Assembly: GCA_965248265.1 (NCBI GenBank) | Contig: CBDFJF010000002.1 | Location: forward strand, 3,395,052-3,459,051 | DNA: 64,000 nucleotides | Direction of reading: 5' to 3' | From: Candidatus Latescibacterota bacterium | GTDB taxonomy: Bacteria > Latescibacterota > UBA2968 > UBA8231 | Shown: one piece after another, positions 38,104 through 46,478 of the stretch | How the letters are laid out: each line of letters starts with the position of its first letter | How positions within the stretch are numbered: the stretch's first letter is position 1 | Notes under the pieces: generated by a model | Told to the model about the DNA's origin: nothing | Seen by the model: the letters and a program-made list of their open reading frames with translations, nothing else | Database searches by the model: none | Translations under genes and position numbers: made by a program

Positions 38104-38552
38104 ATGTCGAGCTGCTTAATCTCATCCACGAGCTGTTTCAGCAGCCCGCCCGCCCTTCGCTGCTGCACCGGGCGCAACTCTTGTGCCTGCAGGTCGAGGC
38201 TCTGCGCTACCCGCTGCGCTGCGCTGAGTGTCTGCGCTGCAGACGGTGCTCGCGTTCCTGATGGGAAGTTTTCCATAACGCGGTCCCACGGGAAGGACGT
38301 TTTGTCATGCCACGTCCATTCGATGTCATCGACGGTAGGCCAGCTGAACTGACTGACAAATCCGTCCCTTGGCATCGCATCGCGATACTCGACAGGCGGG
38401 TCCGTTTGCACGTCGAACATCGAGTAGACGACATCGCCTCCCTCGACGCCCTCAACAAACACGAGACTACCATCCTCGTGCTCTGCCCAGCAGCCCATAG
38501 TCAGCTCGTCTTTATTCTCTGCCTTCGCTCCCGGCACGTCGTGCGTTGACAT
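38100..38552 (-). CDS. hypothetical protein
   Basis: 150-aa acidic ORF. Confidence 0.45.
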   Translation of the reverse strand: MSTHDVPGAKAENKDELTMGCWAEHEDGSLVFVEGVEGGDVVYSMFDVQTDPPVEYRDAMPRDGFVSQFSWPTVDDIEWTWHDKTSFPWDRVMENFPSGTRAPSAAQTLSAAQRVAQSLDLQAQELRPVQQRRAGGLLKQLVDEIKQLDI

Positions 38553-39030
38553 CTCCCAGTTCCTCCTGTCCTCTTTTAAGTGTGTTGGCTATCCTGCCCT
38601 TGACCAGCCTGACGATAGCTGCGTGCCCCTGCTCTGCTTCCTCCCACGTGCAGTAGCGGTTGAACCAATCGCCTTCATCGTCAATGGATTCGGGTCCGTC
38701 AAACACATGCACTTTGTCGCCCAGCTCCAGCGTCCTCGTGCGCTCGCCACCGAACACCATCGTTTCAAACAGCACAGGCAATTTGCCGCGCCCAAAGTTG
38801 GGATCGAGCCCGAGAAAGCAGGTGGACACCTCGTAGATGCCGACCTGTGTCTTGCCAACGATACGGTCGGCCTTCTCCATGAACCTGCCCCACTTGAGCA
38901 GGTGAGGCTCAGGCACGGGCTTGCGGTCAACGAGGACGTAGCGGTCAACGCGTTCATTCTTGAACAGCTCGTTGTTCTTGACCAGCTCGTCCCACCACTT
39001 GTCTTGCTCTTCCTCATTCATTTCAGTCAT
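38512..39030 (-). CDS. hypothetical protein
   Basis: Starts MTEMNEEEQDKWW. The listed ORF start at 39225 is a spurious extension. Confidence 0.45.
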   Translation of the reverse strand: MTEMNEEEQDKWWDELVKNNELFKNERVDRYVLVDRKPVPEPHLLKWGRFMEKADRIVGKTQVGIYEVSTCFLGLDPNFGRGKLPVLFETMVFGGERTRTLELGDKVHVFDGPESIDDEGDWFNRYCTWEEAEQGHAAIVRLVKGRIANTLKRGQEELGDVNARRAGSEGRE

Positions 39031-39625
39031 CGCTAAACCGTGGTCCACCCGGCACGATGTCGAAGGACGTGCACTCTGCGTCGGTGGGCTTCTTTGACCA
39101 CGGGTACGGCCGGTAGGAGACACACCGTTTAAATGCCTCCTTCTGCTCCTTGTTGGCACGCAGCATCTTACCCGGCGATATTTCGTCGTCCCACATGAGA
39201 CGCACGCACGACAGCACTGCATCAAAATAGCGCACCCATAGTGTTGACCCCCAAATCATCCGCGAGCCGAACGCGCAAGCCGTCGCCAGCATCGACATCG
39301 CAACAACATCCAGTAGGCCCACTTCGTCCCAGCCACGGATGTAATCAAGGACAAAGTTAATAGGGAGCCCAATGGCACAGGCCGCGACCGGGATTACGTT
39401 CCCTCTTCTAAGGCCTACCCAACGGTTGCGTGCGGTGTGCATGTAATCCACCATCCGCGCCATAGCTACCTGAGTCTCGGACTCTTGGGGCTGGTGCAAC
39501 TGCGACGGCACCGGAGGGGGTGCCTTGCCCCCGCAGCGCCAGCAGAAGTACTGGTCAGGCGGCGGGTCCATGAACAGCTGCCCCGCGTACATCGGCTCCT
39601 CACAGCTACAGCGCTTGTCTGTCAC
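39023..39625 (-). CDS. membrane protein with N-terminal zinc ribbon
   Basis: CSCEEP...CWRCGG followed by hydrophobic helices. 200 aa. Confidence 0.45.
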   Translation of the reverse strand: MTDKRCSCEEPMYAGQLFMDPPPDQYFCWRCGGKAPPPVPSQLHQPQESETQVAMARMVDYMHTARNRWVGLRRGNVIPVAACAIGLPINFVLDYIRGWDEVGLLDVVAMSMLATACAFGSRMIWGSTLWVRYFDAVLSCVRLMWDDEISPGKMLRANKEQKEAFKRCVSYRPYPWSKKPTDAECTSFDIVPGGPRFSDD

Positions 39626-39843
39626 AGCGTAACTTCGCCGCGCTTGATGGCCAGCAGTGCCAGTGGAACAGCACCCCGCGTGTCGAGCTTAATCATCAAG
39701 GTCGCACGGTGCGTCTCCACAGTGCGGACGCCAATGCCCAGCTCGTCGGCAATCTCCAAGTTTTGGTAACCACAGGCGATGAACTGCCAAACTTCCAGCT
39801 CACGCTCGGTCAGTTCATCGCCTGCCCTTGCTTTTGGTTTCAT
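39622..39843 (-). CDS. LuxR/GerE-type HTH DNA-binding protein (no receiver or ligand domain)
   Basis: LTERELEVWQFIACGYQNLEIADELGIGVRTVETHRATLMIKL. Confidence 0.6.
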   Translation of the reverse strand: MKPKARAGDELTERELEVWQFIACGYQNLEIADELGIGVRTVETHRATLMIKLDTRGAVPLALLAIKRGEVTL

Positions 39844-39879
39844 GGGGAACCCCCTTTATAGGTGAAATTTGGGGGCACC

Positions 39880-40263
39880 TCATTTCGCTTCGTGGTAGAC
39901 CTTGGGGTGCGTCGCCTCACGCAGCATGTGATCGGGATACACGTCAGTCATCCCGGTGCGCACGCCCAAGCGGATGGGCTCCTTCGCTACCATGTTGTGG
40001 GTGATGGCAGCTTTGGTGAGACCAGCGCTGCTGTACAGATTGAGCTTGCGCATCAGGCTGTTCTTAATGGCGGAGACGGTTTGCCATTTGATGGACAGCA
40101 TTTCACCAATCTCCTCCAGATCAAACTCGCAAGCGACCAGCTCCCACACATCGCGCTCGCGTTGAGTCAGGTTGTCGCCGGGACGTGCAAGCCTACGAAA
40201 GACTCTCTTCTCTCCGCGCTTGAGCTTCTTCAAGGGCGTTGGTTTTCTCGTTCGCTTCGCCAT
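39880..40263 (-). CDS. LuxR/GerE-type HTH DNA-binding protein with basic N-terminus
   Basis: LTQRERDVWELVACEFDLEEIGEMLSIKWQTVSAIKNSLMRKL. Confidence 0.55.
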   Translation of the reverse strand: MAKRTRKPTPLKKLKRGEKRVFRRLARPGDNLTQRERDVWELVACEFDLEEIGEMLSIKWQTVSAIKNSLMRKLNLYSSAGLTKAAITHNMVAKEPIRLGVRTGMTDVYPDHMLREATHPKVYHEAK

Positions 40264-40923
40264 TTACATTGTCTCCAGTGCTGCCGTGTAGGCGTCTATG
40301 GATACCTGAATCGCGTCACGCTGTGCCGTGAGGTCATCAATGATTGCCTGCGTCCGACCGGGGAAGTCGTTGGTGCTGATACCTGACGTGGTGACGGCCT
40401 TGCCTGCGCGCTGGCCGGGAGACTCGTAGCCCTGCGCTCTGGCCGCACGCGCTTCAGCCGACTTGACCCGCGCATCTGCCAACGTCGCCCTGCGTTTCTC
40501 TGTCGTTACCTCAACCTCAGCGCCGAACGTCCTGACCCACGCGGTCAGGCTGTTGGATGACACGCCGACATCTCTGGCAACGTCACTGTTCGTTTCGCCT
40601 GCGAGGATGCGAGCCACAGCCTTGCGCTTGAAGCCGTCCGTGTAGCGCTTCTGCGCCTTCCCCTTCTGTGGGCCTTTGCCCGCTCGTGCGACTGCCGCCT
40701 GCCCTTGCATCCGTGTGGTCTCGGATTTTACGGGGGAGATGAGTTTCTCATCATTACACCAGCGACTGACGCTCTTCTGGTTGAGTCCCATAGCGTCGGC
40801 AATTGCCGACTGCGACTCTTTGCCTTTGAGAAACCGCCTGACCGCCTGCTTCTTGATTCGGATGCCGATGCGAGGCCCCTTCGCGTTCTCTGCTGTCGGC
40901 GCTGCTGCTTCCGTCGTTTCCAT
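40264..40923 (-). CDS. DNA-binding protein with two transposase-type HTH (IS3 OrfA-like) repeats
   Basis: RRFLKGKESQSAIADAMGLNQKSVSRW and FKRKAVARILAGETNSDVARDVGVSSNSLTAWVR. SD AGGAGG before ATG 40923. No DDE partner. Confidence 0.5.
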   Translation of the reverse strand: METTEAAAPTAENAKGPRIGIRIKKQAVRRFLKGKESQSAIADAMGLNQKSVSRWCNDEKLISPVKSETTRMQGQAAVARAGKGPQKGKAQKRYTDGFKRKAVARILAGETNSDVARDVGVSSNSLTAWVRTFGAEVEVTTEKRRATLADARVKSAEARAARAQGYESPGQRAGKAVTTSGISTNDFPGRTQAIIDDLTAQRDAIQVSIDAYTAALETM

Positions 40924-40963
40924 TACGTCCTCCTGAGTTGTATGGATTTTGAACAAGCCAGTG

Positions 40964-40984
40964 CACGGGCTATGGTAGCCCGTG
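40964..40984 (+). promoter_or_regulatory. perfect palindrome CACGGGCTA-TGG-TAGCCCGTG in divergent control region
   Basis: 9-nt arms between the leftward operon start and the rightward late-side genes. Confidence 0.35.
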
Positions 40985-41138
40985 CCCGGATGCGTGCTCG
41001 CTGCCTGTATAGCTGTAAGTGACTGGGCTGCAGGGGCTTGCAGGGTTAGGGCGATGGCGAAGGTGAAGCCGCCACCTACCCCCCGGAGCCGGGCCGGTCA
41101 GCACGGCCAAAACTGAGTTCCAAAGGGAGGTTTTTGTG

Positions 41139-41285
41139 ATGCTGATCCACCTACACACCGACCCGCCGGTACCGCTGCGAATCTGGCTTGGCTGCATCGG
41201 CATGGGTGACTGGAAGCGACGAGCTATCTGCCTGACCTGGGGCAAGCACTACTGGTGTCTCGGCCTGCCGTGGGGGTGTTCCTGA
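41139..41285 (+). CDS. 48-aa Trp/Cys-rich peptide
   Basis: SD AAGGGAGG 8 nt before ATG. TGATG coupling to the next ORF. Confidence 0.3.
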   Translation: MLIHLHTDPPVPLRIWLGCIGMGDWKRRAICLTWGKHYWCLGLPWGCS

Positions 41286-41623
41286 TGCCAGCTCAATGGC
41301 GTTACATCCAGTGGACCACTCCAGCTGAGCCGCTGACGCCGGACGACCTGAACGCCCAGCTGGCAGGCATCTTGTACAGTTGTCCGGCGACCCTAATGCG
41401 GCCCATGTCCCCCCTGACCAGGCAGCAATCGCCAACCATTGAGCGTCTATTGAGGCCGCCCCTGCCGATGCGCAGTAAGGAGCGGTTTTGTGAGTGGAAG
41501 GATCTTGCCACGCGCAGCATTTCGTGGGATGAAGCGCGTGCCGAGTTCGCCAAGCGATATCCTGACCCGTTGCAGGTGATTGAGGGTGAGGGCGTACAGA
41601 AATGGGCCAGTCGGGGTGGGTAG
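41285..41623 (+). CDS. hypothetical protein
   Basis: 112-aa ORF translationally coupled to the upstream peptide. Confidence 0.35.
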   Translation: MPAQWRYIQWTTPAEPLTPDDLNAQLAGILYSCPATLMRPMSPLTRQQSPTIERLLRPPLPMRSKERFCEWKDLATRSISWDEARAEFAKRYPDPLQVIEGEGVQKWASRGG

Positions 41624-41727
41624 CGAGCGGCTGACCAGAGGGTAGGGCGGGAATCCCGTAAATGTTCCCTCACAGCGGACGAGGCTTTGGCCTGACTGGC
41701 TCTATTTCAACTTATAAAGGAGTTCTC

Positions 41728-42015
41728 ATGACGCAGTATCCACTCTTCCCTGGCTACAAGGCCACGGACACCTCCCAAGAAGCAGCTGGCTACATGAGCC
41801 TCAAGCAACGCCCTCTGCAGAAGAAGGTGTTGCGGATGCTGGATGCATGGGGTGCTTCGACGGCCGATGAACTGGCCGATCGCTGTATGGCTTCGATTTT
41901 GGCGGTGCGCCCTCGTCTTTCGGAGTTGCGAAGGTTGGGGTTGGTGCGAGACTCAGGCAATCGACGTAAAAATGTTAGCGGTCGCAGGGCGATTGTGTGG
42001 GAATTGCCAACATGA
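41728..42015 (+). CDS. winged-helix DNA-binding protein
   Basis: SD AAAGGAG then ATG. LADRCMASILAVRPRLSELRRLGLV. Confidence 0.5.
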   Translation: MTQYPLFPGYKATDTSQEAAGYMSLKQRPLQKKVLRMLDAWGASTADELADRCMASILAVRPRLSELRRLGLVRDSGNRRKNVSGRRAIVWELPT

Positions 42016-42209
42016 AGGGCGGCAGCTGTATCTACTACAACGGCATCGACCACGGCTGCAGCAAAGGCGTGGAGATCATCACCTCCTTCGGTGCTGATGA
42101 GGCCCTGATTCCCTGTATCAGCGGGGGTGATGATGGCAAGCGGGCTCGTTGTTCGCTGCATCGCTTGCCGACCACGCGGGAGATGTATGAAGCCAATCAA
42201 AAGGGGTGA
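42012..42209 (+). CDS. small Cys-rich protein
   Basis: ATGA coupling. 65 aa. Confidence 0.3.
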   Translation: MKGGSCIYYNGIDHGCSKGVEIITSFGADEALIPCISGGDDGKRARCSLHRLPTTREMYEANQKG

Positions 42210-42318
42210 GCGGTGAACGGGGCCGTCTTGGAAGCGGGGGAGCACTCACGCAGTTCTCCTTCCCAGCGCCGTTCACCCTGTTAAACTAAAGCCCGCTAAA
42301 CTTTAATTGGAGGTAATC

Positions 42319-42537
42319 ATGTTAACGCGTCGAGGGTACGCGCACGGGGGACTGATGCGCTGCTGTATCGCTACCCTGGATGAAGCGCATGAAATCGGCA
42401 TTTTCCATGATGCGGTGTCGATGAAGTGCATGTATTGCCGTACTAACATGGTATTGGACGAGGAACGGGAGATGTTCCGCTGGGAAGGGGCGTTTAACGA
42501 GCAGGATTGTCCTCCCGACGATTGGGGGCAGCCCTGA
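42319..42537 (+). CDS. small zinc-finger-like protein
   Basis: SD GGAGG then ATG. CC...C..C...C. Confidence 0.4.
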   Translation: MLTRRGYAHGGLMRCCIATLDEAHEIGIFHDAVSMKCMYCRTNMVLDEEREMFRWEGAFNEQDCPPDDWGQP

Positions 42538-42569
42538 TAGTCGATAACTGGCAGGATATCGCCCGAGCG

Positions 42570-43067
42570 TTGCTCATAAAGCAAAAGCGCGGGGCGTTTT
42601 GCGAGCACGATGAGTTTGAGCGGCTGCACGATCAGTCGGCCTATCGCTGCAGGGGTTGCAACGAGCAGGTATCCCACCTTGACATCTATGAGGATAGAAA
42701 TATGGGAACGCTCAATTATAGACCGGGATTCAGTAAATACGATGTGCTCGACGCCGATTGGACCGATGACGATGGCGGCATCACCGAAAGCCTGTGGGAC
42801 AGGGTGTGGAGCAAGCAAATCCAGAAGATGGCACCGACGCTGGTGGACAACGTGATGGGCAAGGAAATCATGGAACCGGTCTATTTTCGGCCCTTCGAGG
42901 CCGGGGAAACGCTTACGGCATCCCGTTTAAACAGCGCGTTTGAGTCGGTGATGGACTACAACCGGCTGCAGAGCACGAAGCCGATGCGCATGGGCAGATT
43001 GACGGGAATTTCGCTCTCTCAACGGCCTTCTTTTGCTGAATTTTCATCCTTCCCTGCTTTTTCGTAG
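42570..43067 (+). CDS. hypothetical protein with N-terminal C-H-C-C motif (start uncertain)
   Basis: CEHDEFERLHDQSAYRCRGC. TTG start or ATG 42702 possible. Confidence 0.35.
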   Translation: MLIKQKRGAFCEHDEFERLHDQSAYRCRGCNEQVSHLDIYEDRNMGTLNYRPGFSKYDVLDADWTDDDGGITESLWDRVWSKQIQKMAPTLVDNVMGKEIMEPVYFRPFEAGETLTASRLNSAFESVMDYNRLQSTKPMRMGRLTGISLSQRPSFAEFSSFPAFS

Positions 43068-43122
43068 TATTGGGGCAGGAGGATGGGAGATGAACCAAAA
43101 CCTCCACCGAAGGAGGAGAGCG

Positions 43123-43215
43123 ATGTTTGAAACCATCGTTGGGACGGTAATCGGAGGGCTGGTGTTCTTTTGGATACTGGGTAAAATCAGTGACAAGGGA
43201 AAGAAGGATGAGTGA
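43123..43215 (+). CDS. 30-aa single-TM peptide
   Basis: SD AGGAGGAG then ATG. MFETIVGTVIGGLVFFWILGKISDKGKKDE. Confidence 0.3.
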   Translation: MFETIVGTVIGGLVFFWILGKISDKGKKDE

Positions 43216-43600
43216 GCCATTGGAACTACACTGCCCGATATGCAACGGCGGTAAGTATGTGGCCGAGCTGGAAGCGTGGAAGGCACGCTCTCTCGACCGT
43301 CACTGGAAGGCATCAGAACATTTGGCTAAAACGGTGAAGCGCATGGGAACGGCAAACATGGACCTGATAGTGGAAAACGACGAATGGAAATCCCGCGCCA
43401 TGACGGCGATGGAGTTGGTCGAAGCGCAGATGCTGGAGATTGATGCGTGGCAAGCGTTGTATGAAGCGATGGAAGCCTATGACCCGCTCAATGCCCAGCG
43501 AGATAAAGTGCGGGTGATGAAAGCGCGATTGAAGGAAGCGCAGGAGCTGTGTGCCCAGCTGGTGAAAGATGTGGACGCCCCCGAGCTGGAGAAAGAGTGA
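43208..43600 (+). CDS. coiled-coil protein with N-terminal zinc ribbon
   Basis: CPICNGGKY. 130 aa. Confidence 0.4.
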   Translation: MSEPLELHCPICNGGKYVAELEAWKARSLDRHWKASEHLAKTVKRMGTANMDLIVENDEWKSRAMTAMELVEAQMLEIDAWQALYEAMEAYDPLNAQRDKVRVMKARLKEAQELCAQLVKDVDAPELEKE

Positions 43601-43976
43601 TGAGAGGGGTTGAGCAAAGTGGAAAGGGGGCAGGTACGCGAACCCATCGTGGCTACGCTCGGTTTTCGACGTACCATCGCTACCTCAAGAAGGCCAAGCT
43701 GCGCCAGGAGCGGCGACGGGCTAAGGTGGACGTGGAGTGCGTGCCCTGCTATCGCAAGTACAGAGGGTATGAAACGTGAACGACAGGGTGTTTTGCAAAA
43801 CACCATTTCGCACGGTCACCAACGGTACAGCAATGGTCGCTCGCTGCGAAATCACCATAGACCTGACGAAGCTGACAATGCCCGAGCGGATTCAAGAGTT
43901 ACTTGATGCGGGCTGGAAAATTGAGTTCGGGGATTGGGATTTTGAAAAGGAGGAAGGGGAGTAGAAAGCATGATAC

Positions 43977-44369
43977 ATGGCAAGGGGAGTCAACAGCTGC
44001 ACGTTTATCGGGAACCTGGGTAACGACGTAGAGCTAAAATACACCCCCAGCGGCAAAGCGGTTGTCAACGCTTCGCTGGCGGTGAATGAAGAGTGGGGCA
44101 CCGGCGACGACCGCCAACAAAAGGTCGAGTGGGTGTCCCTTGTTGTATGGGATACCCTGGCTGAAGTGATGGGCAAGTACTGCCGCAAGGGGTCCAAGCT
44201 CTACGTCACCGGGCGACTGCAGACACGTACCTGGGAGAACAACGACGGAGGGAAACAGTACAAGACGGAAATCGTCGTGCGCGAGCTACTGTTTCTCGAT
44301 CACAACCCGTCGGAGGCCGCCCAGGCGCAGCAACAAACCAGAGAGGAGGACGACGACCTACCGTTTTAA
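43977..44369 (+). CDS. ssb: single-stranded DNA-binding protein
   Basis: MARGVNSCTFIGNLGND... OB fold with acidic tail EEDDDLPF. Confidence 0.85.
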   Translation: MARGVNSCTFIGNLGNDVELKYTPSGKAVVNASLAVNEEWGTGDDRQQKVEWVSLVVWDTLAEVMGKYCRKGSKLYVTGRLQTRTWENNDGGKQYKTEIVVRELLFLDHNPSEAAQAQQQTREEDDDLPF

Positions 44370-44423
44370 GTTGACAGACTAAGGGCACACCTGTATTGTG
44401 CCAGAGACAGGAGCAAAACGTTT

Positions 44424-44472
44424 AAACGCCGGGATCTCGCTCATTTCGGAGCGCGGGTTCCGGCGTTTTTTG
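44424..44472 (+). terminator. rho-independent terminator between ssb and the packaging genes
   Basis: AACGCCGGGA...TTCCGGCGTT stem followed by TTTTTTGTG. Confidence 0.5.
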
Positions 44473-44607
44473 TGTTCTCTGGCGCAACTCCACACGAGAG
44501 CGAGTCGTGCGGTGGCACGTCAGGGGCATATCCGGGGTGGGTGACGCTAACAACTCCCAATCCTCCAGTTGTCCACCCCGGAACTTGCGCCGTGAGGGGG
44601 GTTCGAT

Positions 44608-45015
44608 ATGCCAGCAGGAGCAGTAAAGAAATATTCTGACGACCAGATCATTGCCGCCCTGCACGCTACGGGCGGCCTTGTGACGCACGCGGCCAAGGCG
44701 ATGGGTACGGTACCCAAGACGCTCTACGACCGCATGGCCCGCACCCCGGCGCTCAAGCTCGCCCTGGACGAGATACGCAACGGCAAGCTGGATTTCGCCG
44801 AATCGAAGCTGATGGAACTGATCGCCAAGGGGCAACCCTCTGCGATCATTTTTTTTCTCAAGTGCCTGGGCAAGGAGCGCGGCTACGTCGAGCGCGTCGA
44901 GAATACCGGCAAGGATGGCAAGGATTTAAACATCCTACCGGTGATCGCTCCGCCACGCGCTGCTAATATGGAAGAGTGGTTAGAGCAGAACCGCAAAGAG
45001 GCCAACGCCGCATGA
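44608..45015 (+). CDS. terminase small subunit
   Basis: N-terminal HTH. Positioned directly upstream of, and overlapping, the large terminase gene. Confidence 0.65.
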   Translation: MPAGAVKKYSDDQIIAALHATGGLVTHAAKAMGTVPKTLYDRMARTPALKLALDEIRNGKLDFAESKLMELIAKGQPSAIIFFLKCLGKERGYVERVENTGKDGKDLNILPVIAPPRAANMEEWLEQNRKEANAA

Positions 45016-46478
45016 GCACGGCCCTCGACAGACTGCAGGCACCCATTGTCAAAGCGGCACATGGTCCGGGGGAGATCCCTCCTCCCGCCAAGGACGGGGA
45101 GGTAGCCTGGAAGCCGCAGGAGGGACCGCAGTCAGCGGCCATCCGTGCCGCTTTTGTCGATGAGCTGTTCTACGGCGGTGCCGCTGGTGGTGGTAAGTCG
45201 GATTTCCTGTTGGGTGACTTCCTGCAGGACGTGTTCCAGGGTGCCGCATGGCAGGGCGTGCTGTTTAGACGCTCCTATCCCGCCCTGGACGAGCTGGTCC
45301 ACCGTTCTCATCAAATCTTCCCGTTTACCGGTGCCAAGTGGAAAGCGGGGGCCTACCAGTGGGTGTGGCCCAACGGCGCGATGCTGCGTTTCCGCCACAT
45401 GGAAAACGTCTTCGACTTCACCAAGTACCTGGGTCACTCCTGGTCGTGGATTGGGTTTGACGAACTACCCGAGTGGGAGGATTTGGCCTGCTACAATCGT
45501 ACCAAGTCCCGTTTGCGTGGGGTGGCCAAACACAAGCGGATGCGCTCGACCGGCAACCCTGGCGGTCCTGGCCATCACGCGGTGCAAGCCTACTTCGGTA
45601 TTCCCGATGAACCGCTGGGGTTGGGCAACATCGAAGTCATCCGGGACGAGGACACCGCCATGTCGCGGATGTTCATTCCGGCCCGCGTCCAGGACAACAA
45701 AATCCTGCTGGATTCGGATCCCTCCTACGTCTCGCGCCTCAAGGGCGTCGGTGACCCGGAGCTGGTCAAGGCGTGGCTGGAGGGAGATTGGCGAGCCCTG
45801 GTCGGTGGCTTCTTTGTGTGGGCTGAGCCCGAGGTCGCTTGCGACCCGTTCATGGTGGGCGAGGATTGGCCGCTGTTCGGGTGCATCGATTACGGGGAAT
45901 ACGCGCCCTGCTGCTGCCTGCTCTTGAGCGTGGACTACGATGATCGCGTCTACGTCGTCGGTGAATACTACCAGGCCGAACGCTCAGCGCACGAAAACGC
46001 CGCAGGCATAATGGAAATGATCCAAGGGTGTCCGTTCACGAAGGGGCGGATGCCCGATCACATTTATGCCCCGCACGACATGTGGATACGGCGTCGGTTG
46101 GGTGAGGATTCAGCCAATGCGGCCGAGGACGTTTTTCGGCAAGCCGGGCTCTATCTCACCAAGGCTGCCGTGGGCCGCGAGGCCAAAATCAATGGCTGGC
46201 GCATCATCAACACGGCCCTGCATCGCGGCTTCTTGAAGGTGTTTCGCAAGAGCGCTCCCAACCTGATGCGCACGGCTCCCACCATCACTCGCGACGACCG
46301 CAACCGCGAGGACATTTCCCCGCGCTCTGAAGATCACGCCTTGGACGCGTTGCGTTACGGGATGCTCCACATCTACACGCCCGCTGAGCCAGTGAAACCC
46401 GCGCAGAAAAACCCATTTCTGGGCGACAACGTGATAAAGACGCAACAGAAGCTGGCCAAGATGGGAGCGTTGCGGTGA
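45012..46478 (+). CDS. terminase large subunit
   Basis: Walker A GGAAGGGKS, ATPase and nuclease halves. ATGA overlap with terS. Confidence 0.85.
   Translation: MSTALDRLQAPIVKAAHGPGEIPPPAKDGEVAWKPQEGPQSAAIRAAFVDELFYGGAAGGGKSDFLLGDFLQDVFQGAAWQGVLFRRSYPALDELVHRSHQIFPFTGAKWKAGAYQWVWPNGAMLRFRHMENVFDFTKYLGHSWSWIGFDELPEWEDLACYNRTKSRLRGVAKHKRMRSTGNPGGPGHHAVQAYFGIPDEPLGLGNIEVIRDEDTAMSRMFIPARVQDNKILLDSDPSYVSRLKGVGDPELVKAWLEGDWRALVGGFFVWAEPEVACDPFMVGEDWPLFGCIDYGEYAPCCCLLLSVDYDDRVYVVGEYYQAERSAHENAAGIMEMIQGCPFTKGRMPDHIYAPHDMWIRRRLGEDSANAAEDVFRQAGLYLTKAAVGREAKINGWRIINTALHRGFLKVFRKSAPNLMRTAPTITRDDRNREDISPRSEDHALDALRYGMLHIYTPAEPVKPAQKNPFLGDNVIKTQQKLAKMGALR

Noticed and set aside
40264-40956. IS3-family insertion sequence
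   Set aside because: Only an OrfA-like double-HTH protein is present. There is no DDE transposase ORF, no frameshift window and no terminal inverted repeats. Treated as a phage DNA-binding protein.
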